Under the pieces are notes generated by a model, which worked only from the letters and a program-made list of their open reading frames with translations, searched no databases and had not been told where the DNA came from. From the IMG/VR virus record IMGVR_UViG_3300021957_003133, positions 51,467 to 115,466 of that record: a DNA stretch of 64,000 nucleotides. One strand, written 5' to 3'. The DNA is from a virus. Below, piece after piece: positions 1-10,728 of this stretch. Within the stretch, counting starts at the first letter, position 1; each line of letters starts with the position of its first letter. The position numbers were made by a program, and so were the translations under genes.

Positions 1-1
1 C

Positions 2-1174
2 GGCACTACACAACCAGCAAGCCCAATTACTGGTGACTTATGGTATGACTCAGCTAATGCACAGTTAAAGGTGTGGAGCGGAAGTACTTTTATAACAGTT
101 GGACCTAGCTATACAACATCATCAGGTACATCAGGTGCAGTTGTTGAAACAATATTAGACAGCGGATCAGCAAGTCATGTAGTTGTTAAGTTTTTTATTA
201 GTAACACAGTCACAGCGATATTAAGTAAAGATGCAACATTTACTCCAGCTGTTGGAATTTCAGGATTTACTACAGTAGTTCCGGGCTTTAATTTAAGCTC
301 ATCAATATCGGGAGCGGTATTTACTGGTACAGTAACTAATGCATCAAGTTTGTCGGGTATTACAGCTAGTCAGTTTTTACGTAGCGATCAAGCGGCAAGT
401 ACTTCATATGCATTAACTGTTGGACAGTTGTTGGTCGGAAGTGATTTAACAATCTCTTCAAGCAGTGGCGATATTAACGCCGTTAACGGTACAAGTAATA
501 AAGATTTAAATTTATATGTTAATAAAGGTGGTGTAAGTACCAAAGCACTCGGTATTACAGGATCAACAGCTAAAGTTACAACATCAAATGATTTCCAAGT
601 TACAGGAGCAACCACATTAAGTGGTGCGACTACATGTAGTTCAACACTACAATTAAATGGAGTAACAACGATAGCGGCACAGGCTATCCCAACAGCTGGT
701 AACACTATTGAACTTGGCTCTAGTACTAACAATTTTGCCAACGTGTTTGCAACAACATTCCGTGGTACTGCTATTACTGCAGAATATGCGGATTTGGCTG
801 AGCGTTTTGAAGCAGATGATTCTTACTCACCAGGAACAGTTGTTGAACTTGGCGGAGTAAAAGAAATAACAGCGGCTATGAAAGATTTAAGTGATAAAGT
901 ATTTGGTGTAATTAGTACACGTGCTGGATTCTTAATGAATGGGGCAGCCGGTAATGATCAAACACATCCACCGATAGCAATGGGCGGACGAGTACCTGTC
1001 AGAGTAATTGGTACAGTAGAAAAAGGTGATAGATTAGTTTCAGCTGGTAACGGCTTAGCTAGATCAGCCACTAGAGATGAAGTTACAGCATTCAATGTTA
1101 TTGGTAGAGCACTAGGCAATAAAGACACAGAAGCAGAAGGTACAGTAGAAGCTATCGTTAAGATAAGCAGTTAA
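2..1174 (+). CDS. Tail fibre/baseplate-associated structural protein with C-terminal intramolecular-chaperone (peptidase G2-like) domain; 5'-truncated by window edge
   Basis: Frame is open from position 2 (GTTQPASPITGDLWYD...). Ser/Thr/Gly-rich beta region; C-terminal YADLAERFEAD..PGTVV..GG..E and GRVPVRVIG..KGDRLV motifs typical of phage fibre chaperone domains. Confidence 0.75.
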   Translation, partial: GTTQPASPITGDLWYDSANAQLKVWSGSTFITVGPSYTTSSGTSGAVVETILDSGSASHVVVKFFISNTVTAILSKDATFTPAVGISGFTTVVPGFNLSSSISGAVFTGTVTNASSLSGITASQFLRSDQAASTSYALTVGQLLVGSDLTISSSSGDINAVNGTSNKDLNLYVNKGGVSTKALGITGSTAKVTTSNDFQVTGATTLSGATTCSSTLQLNGVTTIAAQAIPTAGNTIELGSSTNNFANVFATTFRGTAITAEYADLAERFEADDSYSPGTVVELGGVKEITAAMKDLSDKVFGVISTRAGFLMNGAAGNDQTHPPIAMGGRVPVRVIGTVEKGDRLVSAGNGLARSATRDEVTAFNVIGRALGNKDTEAEGTVEAIVKISS

Positions 1175-1200
1175 TTAAATTCATTTAGGAATATAGAAAC

Positions 1201-2151
1201 ATGGCATACACATCCGGAGGAACTATACAGGCCCAGGACTACAACTGGCTGACATGGGGAGGTAACACCAGTGGTACTTACACTGAATCAGTTAATAACC
1301 TCGCTATAATTTGGGGTCAGGGTACAGGCCAAAAAGGATACGGGCAGGATGTTAGTGCATTCAGTACAGTTTCAGCAACCAATGAAGTAACAGCGGCACA
1401 GTGGAGTGGCTTTATCTATCACCTAAATAAATCATTAGGACACCAGTCCCAGACACAATTAGCAAATGGATCAAACATTGGTATCGTTGCTGGAGCAACT
1501 GTTGAAGCGTTTGCTAACGTACAAACAGCAGTTAACCAAATTAACAGTACTTATTTGACACATCACGCTGTGGGTACAAAAACAACAGGTAGTAACTTAG
1601 ACGAAACACTAAGTTCAACTACTGGACTAAGTATCGGAACAAACTATGACGTAACAGTGACATTTTCTTCAACAGACGCGGCCAGATACTTCTTTAACGC
1701 AGGTGGAGAACTACAATATAGATGTAGTACATACAATAGTGGCGGTAGTGGTAGTGAAAACTCAGTGACACGTATAGTTAACGGCATTGGTGGTGTTAAC
1801 TTTAGAACTACAGACAACGGTGGACGTACTGGTTCAGGTATTACACTAAACACCAATACTACATCGATTGGTTATTACGATCTTACTACCAGTGAACAAA
1901 CGTTAATTAAAGTAACTGATACTACTGCGGCATACACTGCCAGCAATGCTAATTTGAATGTATACTACGTAGGAGCCACAACCAGAGGTGCTAAAGGAAA
2001 TGTAGTTAGATTTAGATTAAATCTAGCAGTTTCCAACAAAACTTGGAACGACACTATCTCAATGGGCTTACGTCACAGAGTGGATATACAGTATCCTTCA
2101 ACAACTTATTTGGCTAATGCCGCAGGCACACCGACACCTGCGTTAGCATAA
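1201..2151 (+). CDS. Virion structural protein (tail/fibre-associated)
   Basis: Thr/Ser/Gly/Asn-rich 316 aa; GYGQ and ARYFFNAGG motifs; follows the fibre gene. Confidence 0.6.
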   Translation: MAYTSGGTIQAQDYNWLTWGGNTSGTYTESVNNLAIIWGQGTGQKGYGQDVSAFSTVSATNEVTAAQWSGFIYHLNKSLGHQSQTQLANGSNIGIVAGATVEAFANVQTAVNQINSTYLTHHAVGTKTTGSNLDETLSSTTGLSIGTNYDVTVTFSSTDAARYFFNAGGELQYRCSTYNSGGSGSENSVTRIVNGIGGVNFRTTDNGGRTGSGITLNTNTTSIGYYDLTTSEQTLIKVTDTTAAYTASNANLNVYYVGATTRGAKGNVVRFRLNLAVSNKTWNDTISMGLRHRVDIQYPSTTYLANAAGTPTPALA

Positions 2152-2164
2152 TAAAACGTATACT

Positions 2165-2192
2165 AAAAGCACCTTAAGGGGTGCTTTTTTTT
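2165..2192 (+). terminator. Rho-independent terminator
   Basis: AAAAGCACC-ttaagg-GGTGCTTTT followed by a T-run, just after the stop at 2151. Confidence 0.85.
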
Positions 2193-2210
2193 GACTCAAA
2201 CTAATGGCCG

Positions 2211-2217
2211 ATAAATA
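2211..2217 (+). promoter_or_regulatory. T4-like late promoter motif (ATAAATA), 5 nt before ATG
   Basis: ATAAATA-gtagt-ATG(2223); no Shine-Dalgarno; the motif recurs before other genes. Confidence 0.6.
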
Positions 2218-2222
2218 GTAGT

Positions 2223-2537
2223 ATGAGCGAAATCAATGAACTAGTAGAACAAATCAAGCAGGCAACAGATTTTCAGACTAATAAACAAATTTTACGTGAA
2301 AAGATTAAGACAGACTTACACGTAGCACACAACGGTGGTTTATTTTTAGTTTCTGTTGAACTGATAGCATTCCTTTCAACATGGAATGACGAAGAACTAT
2401 TTGTAGAAGATACATACAACAATCCAATCCCCGTCAATAGACAAGAGTTTCTAACTAAATGCCAAGAACATTATCACTCAGTGATGAATACGTGGCATAT
2501 TGAGTATGCAGAACTTAAACGACAACGCAAAGTCTAG
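2223..2537 (+). CDS. Hypothetical protein (possible tail-fibre assembly-like)
   Basis: 104 aa ORF, first gene of a tightly overlapping operon. Confidence 0.5.
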   Translation: MSEINELVEQIKQATDFQTNKQILREKIKTDLHVAHNGGLFLVSVELIAFLSTWNDEELFVEDTYNNPIPVNRQEFLTKCQEHYHSVMNTWHIEYAELKRQRKV

Positions 2538-3273
2538 AGGCGTTTTATTATTTGCCTACAACACTGACAGTGTTGACTACGTTAAAATCGCAGAACGTGC
2601 CGCACGATTGATTGAACACAATTTAAAATTACCTGTTACCATTATAACTGATATGCAGAGTCCTCAAACCAATGAGAGGATAGGGTATAAAAACGGTAGC
2701 CAATGGTTTAATGGTGATAGATATCGTGCTTATGAACTCAGTCCTTATGATGAAACTTTATTGTTAGACAGTGACTATTTGATATTTGATAACAGCTTGA
2801 TTAAGATCTTAGACACAGTTGACGATTATAAAATAATGTCAAACAACCAATCACCAACACATAGCCAAGACGGAGATATGGGTGCATTGAGTTTAGCATT
2901 TGTCTGGGCAACTGCGGTAGTATTTAAAAAAACTCAAAAAGCCAAACAGTTATTTGATTTAGTTGGTAGGATACAAAGGAACTACGAATACTACGTAAAG
3001 TTATACCACTTAAGAGAAAATAACTTCCGTAATGATTATGCTTTTGCTATAGCCGATAACATTCTTTCAGGATATCACGCCAGTTCAGGCATACCTTGGT
3101 GTATGTTAACCATCGACCATGCAGTTAAAAAGATTGAAACACAAAACAACAAACTGATAGTGAGAGAAGATAGCAAGGCATACATAATAACAAGACAGAA
3201 TTTACACATCATGGATAAAGATTATCTATTAGGCGATAGCCATCAAAAACTGTTGGATGAAATATGTCTATAG
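2500..3273 (+). CDS. Glycosyltransferase-like protein (GT-A fold)
   Basis: RGVLLFAYN...DYVKIA start; SPYDETLLLDSD (DxD) motif. Confidence 0.6.
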   Translation: MSMQNLNDNAKSRGVLLFAYNTDSVDYVKIAERAARLIEHNLKLPVTIITDMQSPQTNERIGYKNGSQWFNGDRYRAYELSPYDETLLLDSDYLIFDNSLIKILDTVDDYKIMSNNQSPTHSQDGDMGALSLAFVWATAVVFKKTQKAKQLFDLVGRIQRNYEYYVKLYHLRENNFRNDYAFAIADNILSGYHASSGIPWCMLTIDHAVKKIETQNNKLIVREDSKAYIITRQNLHIMDKDYLLGDSHQKLLDEICL

Positions 3274-4115
3274 ATAGGGGATTTTTAACTATAGCACAGA
3301 ACACAGACGGAGTAGACTATCTACGACTAGCATACGCACAGGCCATGAGTATTAAGTTAACTATGCCTGGTAGTCAATATTGTGTTATTGTTGATCAAGA
3401 CACTAACAAACAAATCACAGACGAGCAAAGACTAGTGTTTGATCATGTTCGAGTTCTAGACAAGGACTATGCCAAACAAGATCAGTGGAAGTTAGCTAAC
3501 GAATGGCAAGTGTTTAATCTAAGTCCTTACAAAGAAACAATAAAAGTAGAAAGCGATATCTTGTTTACACGCAGTATAGAACATTGGTGGCACGCATTTA
3601 GGCTACGCGACATAGTGTTAAGTCTAGGTACACGAAATTTTAAAGGCAAACAAGCCAAGTCGAGAGTGTATAGAAAAATATTTGATGCCAATCAATTGCC
3701 GGACGTTTACAACGGATTGATGTACTTTCGTTATAGCGAAACTGCTAGTGAATTTTTTGAGATAGCAGAACAAGTATTTAAACAATGGGAAACAGTTAAA
3801 GGAAATATATTAAAAGGGTTTAGTTATGAAGAAGCATCAACCGACGTAGTTTATGCCATCGCGGCAAAGACACTAGGAGTTGAACTATGTACATTGCCTG
3901 ATTGTGATTTTATCAACTTTACTCATATGAAAAATGCAATCAATGACTGGCCTGATGATAAATCTTGGACTGAAATGATAATGACAGAAGTAGATCTTCC
4001 AATGATACGTATTAACAATGTTAATCAATATCATCCTGTACACTATCAAGATAAAAACTGGCTCACCGATGAAATAATTGAAAGGTATAAAGAATGTTTA
4101 CACAACAAGAATTAG
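3264..4115 (+). CDS. Glycosyltransferase-like protein, paralog of 2500..3273
   Basis: RGFLTIAQN..DYLRLA and SPYKETIKVESD mirror the upstream paralog; FTHMK and HY motifs near the C-terminus. Confidence 0.6.
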   Translation: MSIDRGFLTIAQNTDGVDYLRLAYAQAMSIKLTMPGSQYCVIVDQDTNKQITDEQRLVFDHVRVLDKDYAKQDQWKLANEWQVFNLSPYKETIKVESDILFTRSIEHWWHAFRLRDIVLSLGTRNFKGKQAKSRVYRKIFDANQLPDVYNGLMYFRYSETASEFFEIAEQVFKQWETVKGNILKGFSYEEASTDVVYAIAAKTLGVELCTLPDCDFINFTHMKNAINDWPDDKSWTEMIMTEVDLPMIRINNVNQYHPVHYQDKNWLTDEIIERYKECLHNKN

Positions 4116-4441
4116 ATCAAGCTATGAAACAATGGCCAGAGATCAATGAAGAGACCGTTGAATATAGATTACACTATGACCATACTGGTTTTATCTACAT
4201 GCAGACGCTACAAAATCATCCAGAGAATACCCAGTATATTGTAGTAGACGAAACTGTTTATTTTGATACCCGAGACTATAAAATAGTTGACGGTAAGCCC
4301 AAAATCATTGACTTACCAACCGGATATCGTGTACAATTAAAGAGTAGCAATAAAGGATATCAAGTGGTCAAAAATCATGCAGGTATCTTGTTGGAAAAAG
4401 AAACATACAACAATGTGGAATACTATGAAGAAAATAGTTGA
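4094..4441 (+). CDS. Hypothetical protein
   Basis: 115 aa ORF overlapping both neighbours in the operon. Confidence 0.55.
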   Translation: MFTQQELDQAMKQWPEINEETVEYRLHYDHTGFIYMQTLQNHPENTQYIVVDETVYFDTRDYKIVDGKPKIIDLPTGYRVQLKSSNKGYQVVKNHAGILLEKETYNNVEYYEENS

Positions 4442-5318
4442 TATAGCTGATTTAGATTGTGTTTACCTCAGCTACGACGAACCTAAAAAAGAAGAGTTTT
4501 GGATTAAAATTTCCAATATGGTTCCTTGGGCAACTCGTGTCGACGGAGTTAAAGGCAGTGATGCCGCACATAAAGCCGCGGCTGATTCTAGCACTACAGA
4601 TAGATTTATTCTAATAGACGGTGATAACTTACCCGACACAGAGTTCTTTAATCAACAGTTGGTATTAGATGACAACAATCAAGATTGTGTATTCCGTTGG
4701 AAAGCCAAGAATAACATAAACGGATTACAGTACGGCAACGGTGGATTAAGTTGTTGGACAAAAGAGTTTATTTACAATATGAAAACTCACGAGAATACAG
4801 ATGGTGATGAAGCCAATGATATAGAGTTTTGCTTTTATGAAAACTATTGGGCAATGCACGACTGCTATTCAACTACATATCCAAATGCTACACCTTTTCA
4901 GGCTTGGCGAGCAGGATTCCGTGAAGGTGTTAAGATGTGTTTAGATAGAGGAACAAAACCTAGTCCAGCAGACTTTAAACAAAAAGCACATGACAGAAAT
5001 TTGGATCACCTCAGCGTATGGCATAATGTAGGTCGAGATGTTGAAAATGGTATATGGGCTATGGCAGGTGCAAGACAAGGCACAGTAATGACTATGTTGT
5101 CAGACTGGGATCATCGAGAAGTACAATGGTTTGACAACTTAGAAAAGATATGGAATGAAGTAGAGTCACAGGATGCTGAAACTATAGCACATGAGAACGG
5201 TACAGAACTCAGAAAATTAGAGTTACCTGCACTTAAATATGATAGCGAACAAAGTAAGTTTTTCAAACATCATTACAAAAGCGGATTTAACAATAAAGGA
5301 ATAATGGAACGTGAGTAA
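4425..5318 (+). CDS. Glycosyltransferase-like protein (GT-A, DGD motif)
   Basis: YLSYDEP, RVDGVKGSDAAHKAAA, FILIDGD, NGLQYGNGG, AWRAGFRE; start re-assigned to ATG 4425. Confidence 0.55.
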   Translation: MKKIVDIADLDCVYLSYDEPKKEEFWIKISNMVPWATRVDGVKGSDAAHKAAADSSTTDRFILIDGDNLPDTEFFNQQLVLDDNNQDCVFRWKAKNNINGLQYGNGGLSCWTKEFIYNMKTHENTDGDEANDIEFCFYENYWAMHDCYSTTYPNATPFQAWRAGFREGVKMCLDRGTKPSPADFKQKAHDRNLDHLSVWHNVGRDVENGIWAMAGARQGTVMTMLSDWDHREVQWFDNLEKIWNEVESQDAETIAHENGTELRKLELPALKYDSEQSKFFKHHYKSGFNNKGIMERE

Positions 5319-6705
5319 AAGTAAATTTATGAGCTCTGCAGAAGAGATGAAGGAAAAATTAGGGCCTAGTCTCTGCCTGGCAAAATGGCAACAGGTTAGT
5401 TTACATTTACCTACTGGACTCAATAATAGCTGTTATCATCCACCGTTGCATGAAATTGATGTAAAACCGCTAGAGTTCCATCCCAGTGCTTTGCATAATA
5501 CTGTTCATAAGAAAGAGCAACGGAAAAAAATGCTAGAGGGTGAGAAACCTAAAGAGTGTAACTACTGTTGGACTATGGAAGATGCTGGACATCTGAGCGA
5601 TAGACACTATCGTAGTGGTGAGCCCTGGGCCGCAGAACATTATGATAATATTGTTAACCAACCATGGGACAAAGATGTTACTCCAAGTTACGTGGAAGTA
5701 AATTTTAGTCACGGATGCAACCTTGCTTGTAGTTATTGTAGTCCACAGTTTTCAACTGAATGGAATAAAGACATAGAACGCTGGGGTGCTTACCCGACAA
5801 AAAGTCCACATAATGACCCTATGCATTTTAAAGGACGTCGACAACCTATACCAGTTAGAGAAAACAATCCTTATGTAGAAGCATTTTGGCAGTGGTGGCC
5901 CGAGCTATACCCTGAACTTAAACACTTCCGCATGACAGGTGGTGAGCCTCTCATGGACAAAAACACACATAGAGTATTTGACTACATATTAAGTAGTCCT
6001 AAACCAGACTTACACGTTGATGTTACTAGTAATTTTTCAGTAGAGCCAAAACTATTTAATCGCTATATTGACAAGGTGCAACAACTTTGTACTGGAGAAC
6101 GAATAGAACATTTTATGCAATATGTAAGTGTTGACACTGGAATAGCTGAACACGCTGAATATATAAGACATGGGTTAAACTTTAAAAGATTAGAAAACAA
6201 TGTGTATAGATATCTTGAAGAAGTGCCACATAGAAATAGTTTAACATTTATCTTAACCATGAACAATCTTAGCTTATTAGGACTACAAAGACAACTAGAA
6301 TGGATCCTAGAACTAAGACGAGTATATAATACAGACGGTTATCAAAAAATATGGTTTGATACACCGGTGTTAAGAACTCCGAGTTGGCAAAGTCTACAGA
6401 TACTTCCAGAAAGCTATGTAGGTATATTAGAGAATGTTATCAAATGGATGAAACTGCACAAGCTAGATGAAAACAGTGATAGATTTGACGGGTTCAAAGA
6501 TTACGAAATACAGAGAATGGAACGTGATTGTGCTTGGATGAAGAAAGGTAAAAAACTAAATGAAAAATATTTACACGAAACCCGTGCAGACTTTTATAAT
6601 TTTTTCAATGAATATGATAAGCGTAGGAAGATTGACTTTTTGACAGTGTTTCCACAGATGAAAGAGTTCTGGCAGGAGTGCAAATGGCATGCCGAAAATA
6701 GCTAA
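5311..6705 (+). CDS. Radical SAM protein with N-terminal twitch/SPASM-like domain (paralog 1)
   Basis: CNLACSYC motif; TGGEP; N-terminal CLAKW..SCYH..CNYCW. Confidence 0.9.
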   Translation: MSKSKFMSSAEEMKEKLGPSLCLAKWQQVSLHLPTGLNNSCYHPPLHEIDVKPLEFHPSALHNTVHKKEQRKKMLEGEKPKECNYCWTMEDAGHLSDRHYRSGEPWAAEHYDNIVNQPWDKDVTPSYVEVNFSHGCNLACSYCSPQFSTEWNKDIERWGAYPTKSPHNDPMHFKGRRQPIPVRENNPYVEAFWQWWPELYPELKHFRMTGGEPLMDKNTHRVFDYILSSPKPDLHVDVTSNFSVEPKLFNRYIDKVQQLCTGERIEHFMQYVSVDTGIAEHAEYIRHGLNFKRLENNVYRYLEEVPHRNSLTFILTMNNLSLLGLQRQLEWILELRRVYNTDGYQKIWFDTPVLRTPSWQSLQILPESYVGILENVIKWMKLHKLDENSDRFDGFKDYEIQRMERDCAWMKKGKKLNEKYLHETRADFYNFFNEYDKRRKIDFLTVFPQMKEFWQECKWHAENS

Positions 6706-8044
6706 GGAAACAGACTTAGAGTATAAGCATAGAGTAATTGACATTAAAAGTGAAAGTTTCTGTGCGGCTAAATGGTATAACGCTACTATATGGTTGGGAA
6801 GTGGTATGACTACTAGTTGCCATCATCCGTTGCCACACCCTATTGACATAGAAGCTATTAAAACTAATCCAAGTGCTTTACATAACACTGACAAGAAAAA
6901 ACAAGAACGAGAACAGATGCAGAAAGGTGAACGCCCTAGTGGATGTGAGTACTGCTGGAAAGTAGAAGACATGGGAACTGATGCTATATCAGATAGGGTT
7001 TATAAAACAGTTATATATGAGGACAAAGAAAATGATGAAGCTTTTAACACACCTTGTCAAGAAGATGTTAATCTTAAAACATTAGAGATTGCTTTTGATA
7101 GAACTTGTCAACTTGCTTGTAGTTATTGTAACCCTGCGTTTAGTAGTACTTGGGTTAAAGATGTTAAACGTAACGGAGCATATATTGATTTAGTTTCAGA
7201 TGGTAGGAATCATTTTACTCACACGCACGACAGTAGTCAGTTGTATACTTTTAGTGAAACTAATCCTTACATTGAAGCATTCTTCAAGTGGTGGGAAACA
7301 GACTTACACAAAACATTAAATGAATTACGTATCACTGGTGGCGAACCTCTTATGAGTGGACACACGTGGAAGTTGATTGAATGGTTTAAAACTAATCAAG
7401 GGAGATCAAAAACTAAATTAGCGATTAACAGTAACTTGGCTATCTCTCAAGAAAAGCTCGCAGAGTTTATAGACAGTATACAATCACTTCCACACTTAGA
7501 AGTGTATACCAGTAATGAAAGTGTTGGAGCACAGTCAGAGTATATAAGAGATGGTATAAATTATCTCGAATGGTGTCAAAATATCGAAACCTTAATGGAT
7601 TGTAGTTCTGTAAAAATACTACATGTGATGTTCACTATTAACAGTCTTTGTTTAGACAGCATAACTGATCTATTAGACTATCTTATGAAACTAAAACACC
7701 GGCATGGTAAGTTCAGTCTGAGTTTTAGCTTAAATATATTAAGATTCCCTAGTTTTCAAAGTGCTACAGTACTACCTGATGACATTAGAAATCAGTATAA
7801 AGAAAAATTACAGTCTTGGTTAGATCTAAATAAAGATGATCTAACATTACACGAGTACGAAGTAAATCATGTAGAAAGATTAGTTGATTATTTAGACATA
7901 GTTAAAACTCCGCATGCAGGTGCTGATGAAATAACAACTCTACAGAACGATTTTAAACAGTTTTACAAACAATATGATGAACGTAGAGGAAAGAACTTTA
8001 CAGAAACATTTCCTAGATTAACAGAATGGTATAATACATTATGA
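6689..8044 (+). CDS. Radical SAM protein with N-terminal twitch domain (paralog 2)
   Basis: CQLACSYC; TGGEP; N-terminal CAAKW..SCHH..CEYCW. Confidence 0.9.
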   Translation: MPKIAKETDLEYKHRVIDIKSESFCAAKWYNATIWLGSGMTTSCHHPLPHPIDIEAIKTNPSALHNTDKKKQEREQMQKGERPSGCEYCWKVEDMGTDAISDRVYKTVIYEDKENDEAFNTPCQEDVNLKTLEIAFDRTCQLACSYCNPAFSSTWVKDVKRNGAYIDLVSDGRNHFTHTHDSSQLYTFSETNPYIEAFFKWWETDLHKTLNELRITGGEPLMSGHTWKLIEWFKTNQGRSKTKLAINSNLAISQEKLAEFIDSIQSLPHLEVYTSNESVGAQSEYIRDGINYLEWCQNIETLMDCSSVKILHVMFTINSLCLDSITDLLDYLMKLKHRHGKFSLSFSLNILRFPSFQSATVLPDDIRNQYKEKLQSWLDLNKDDLTLHEYEVNHVERLVDYLDIVKTPHAGADEITTLQNDFKQFYKQYDERRGKNFTETFPRLTEWYNTL

Positions 8045-8208
8045 GTGAAGAAATAAGCACACAACGTATTGCAATAAGTACAGACGGCGTTGAAATAGAC
8101 AGCAGTCAAGGTGACTTATTGTCAGAAGCAGTCCTACTTGGCACCATTGTTATAGTAGTAGCTGTATTATACATAGGTAAGAAATGGATAGACAGGAAGT
8201 TTAAATGA
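8041..8208 (+). CDS. Small membrane protein, 55 aa (not in ORF track)
   Basis: MSEEISTQRIAISTDGVEIDSSQGDLLSEAVLLGTIVIVVAVLYIGKKWIDRKFK; ATGA overlaps at both ends; one hydrophobic helix. Confidence 0.7.
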   Translation: MSEEISTQRIAISTDGVEIDSSQGDLLSEAVLLGTIVIVVAVLYIGKKWIDRKFK

Positions 8209-9524
8209 GTGACAAAGAAACAGACGACTACTATAAAAATCACGAGTATCACGATCGTAAACCTGTGTACATTGATGAAAAAGATTTAAGGACAGATCAA
8301 TTAGATAGACTTACAAAGAGTGAAACATTCTGTATGATCCCTTGGATACACATGCATGCATTCCCCAATGGGCAAGCATTTCCTTGCTGTCTTGCTGACA
8401 GTGATCATCCTATAGGCGACTTACATAAGAATACTATTCGAGAAGTATGGAATGACACAGCATACAAAACAATGCGTAAGAATATGCTTGAAGAAAAGAG
8501 CTGTAAAGAATGTACTAAATGTTATGAACAAGAAGATATGGGTTTTGTTAGTATGCGTAATTCATCAAACAAATCTTTTGGACATAATATTGGAATAGTG
8601 GATGACACCAAACCAGATGGTACCTTTGATGATTTCAAACTACGTTACTATGATATTAGATTTAGTAACTTATGCAATATGAGTTGTCGTACCTGTGGTG
8701 GTTGGTTTTCTAGTTCGTGGCATGACGAAGAAACAGCATTATATGGTAAGCGTGAGTATCCTAAATTTATGTTTGCTGGCAAAGACAAAGAAGATATGTG
8801 GAATCAATTACAAGAACACATTCCTTATCTAGAACAAGTATACTTTGCTGGTGGTGAACCTTTGATAATGGAAGAACACTATCGCTTGTTAGATGAACTA
8901 GAAAGACAAGAGTTATTCAATGTTAGACTACAGTATAATACTAACTTTAGTAAGCTAAAACTAAAAACAAAACATGTGTTTGACTATTGGCAGAGATTTA
9001 AAAATGTGTCAGTGGGTGCTAGTTTAGATGCCATGGGAGCTAGAGCAGAATACATGCGTAAAGGCACAGTGTGGGCAGAAACTGTTAGTAATAGAGAACG
9101 GATGTTACAAGAATGTCCTAACACAGACTTTTATGTTAGTAGTACCGTTAGCATTTACAACGCACTACATGTCATGGACTTCCATCGTGACTGGGTTGAA
9201 CGTGGATTAATCAAAGCACAAGACTGGAACATCAATATATTACAGGGTCCTAACAGAGACAGGATTGATGTGCTACCAAAGATTTATAAAGAACAAGTAA
9301 AAGAAAAGATACTAGAACATATTGAATGGTTACGCCCACAGGATCATTTAAATCGTGCTGTTGTTGGTTATGAAAGCATATTGACATTTATGGAAAATCA
9401 AGACCAACAAAACTTGTTACAAGAGTTCTTAGAAGTAAATGATAGACACGACGACTATAGAAAAGAACAGTTTGAAACGGTGTTTCCTGAATACAAGGAG
9501 TTAAGAACATATGTCTCTACCTAA
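8205..9524 (+). CDS. Radical SAM protein with N-terminal twitch domain (paralog 3)
   Basis: CNMSCRTC; AGGEP; N-terminal CMIPW..PCC..CTKCY. Confidence 0.9.
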   Translation: MSDKETDDYYKNHEYHDRKPVYIDEKDLRTDQLDRLTKSETFCMIPWIHMHAFPNGQAFPCCLADSDHPIGDLHKNTIREVWNDTAYKTMRKNMLEEKSCKECTKCYEQEDMGFVSMRNSSNKSFGHNIGIVDDTKPDGTFDDFKLRYYDIRFSNLCNMSCRTCGGWFSSSWHDEETALYGKREYPKFMFAGKDKEDMWNQLQEHIPYLEQVYFAGGEPLIMEEHYRLLDELERQELFNVRLQYNTNFSKLKLKTKHVFDYWQRFKNVSVGASLDAMGARAEYMRKGTVWAETVSNRERMLQECPNTDFYVSSTVSIYNALHVMDFHRDWVERGLIKAQDWNINILQGPNRDRIDVLPKIYKEQVKEKILEHIEWLRPQDHLNRAVVGYESILTFMENQDQQNLLQEFLEVNDRHDDYRKEQFETVFPEYKELRTYVST

Positions 9525-10728
9525 GAAAATATGTATGCTACCCTGGATCAGTATCGAAACATCACCTACTGGTACAGCACGTCCTTGCTGTCTGGCTAAG
9601 GATGAAATAACAAAACCTAACGGTGAAAAATATAAGTTAAAAGAAAATACATTAGAAGAAATTTATCATTCAGACTATATGCAAAATCTAAGACAGGAGT
9701 TTTTAGATGGAAATAAACCAGAGACTTGTCAACGCTGTTGGGATGAAGAAGCCGCAGGGCGTACCAGCAAACGTGTTAACAGTCAACTACGTCTAGGACA
9801 ACACTACAAGAAGATTGATTTTCATAATACTGATCCTGATCAACTTTGGTTTTTAGATCTTAAACTAGGAAACATATGTAATTTAAAATGTCGTATATGC
9901 GGAAGTTGGTCAAGTTCAAAGTGGGCAAAAGAAGAAGTAGCATACGTTGACAAGATATGGAAAGGCGATCCTAACTATAGAAGGAAAGAACACCTAGCAT
10001 TTACATATCTCAAAGACGGTGCTTGGCCTCGCGAAAGTATTGACTTTTGGGACAACTTAAAAACACTACTACCTAATATCAAATACTTTGAATTTACTGG
10101 CGGAGAACCTTTCTTGATCAAACAACATTTTGATCTACTAGAATATGCTGTTGAAAAAGGCTATAGTAAAAACATTGAAATACATTACAATACCAATGGC
10201 ACACAGTTTCCTGAGTCTGCAGAGTTGTGGGACAATTTCAAACATGTAGAAATAGCATTCAGTATTGATAATACAAATGAACGTTTTGAGTATGAACGTT
10301 ATGGTGCCAATTGGCTAGAAGTACAAGAGAATATTAAAAAGTTTACAGCTATGCGTAGTAGTAAGATATCAACACAGCTCTGTACTACAATGAATATACA
10401 GAACGTCTACTATCTGCCAGAGCTGTGTGAATGGATCAATACACAGCAATTTGATTTCTTGTTCTTTAATATGTTGCACGATCCTTGGCACATGTGCGTC
10501 AGTAAGATGACCCCGCAAGCACAGAAATTAGTTATAGATAGATTGACTAATCATAACTTTGATCCTAGACACAAGATAGAAGTTATGCGTATAGTTAAGT
10601 TCATTGAACAAGGTGAAGGCAGTGACGGTATAGAGTTTTTAAGACAGATGCAGAGGACCGATGATTATAGAGAACAAAGTTTCATTGACACACATCAAGA
10701 GATAGCTAAGGCAATGGGCTATGAGTAA
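9511..10728 (+). CDS. Radical SAM protein with N-terminal twitch domain (paralog 4)
   Basis: CNLKCRIC; TGGEP; N-terminal CMLPW..PCC..CQRCW. Confidence 0.9.
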   Translation: MSLPKKICMLPWISIETSPTGTARPCCLAKDEITKPNGEKYKLKENTLEEIYHSDYMQNLRQEFLDGNKPETCQRCWDEEAAGRTSKRVNSQLRLGQHYKKIDFHNTDPDQLWFLDLKLGNICNLKCRICGSWSSSKWAKEEVAYVDKIWKGDPNYRRKEHLAFTYLKDGAWPRESIDFWDNLKTLLPNIKYFEFTGGEPFLIKQHFDLLEYAVEKGYSKNIEIHYNTNGTQFPESAELWDNFKHVEIAFSIDNTNERFEYERYGANWLEVQENIKKFTAMRSSKISTQLCTTMNIQNVYYLPELCEWINTQQFDFLFFNMLHDPWHMCVSKMTPQAQKLVIDRLTNHNFDPRHKIEVMRIVKFIEQGEGSDGIEFLRQMQRTDDYREQSFIDTHQEIAKAMGYE

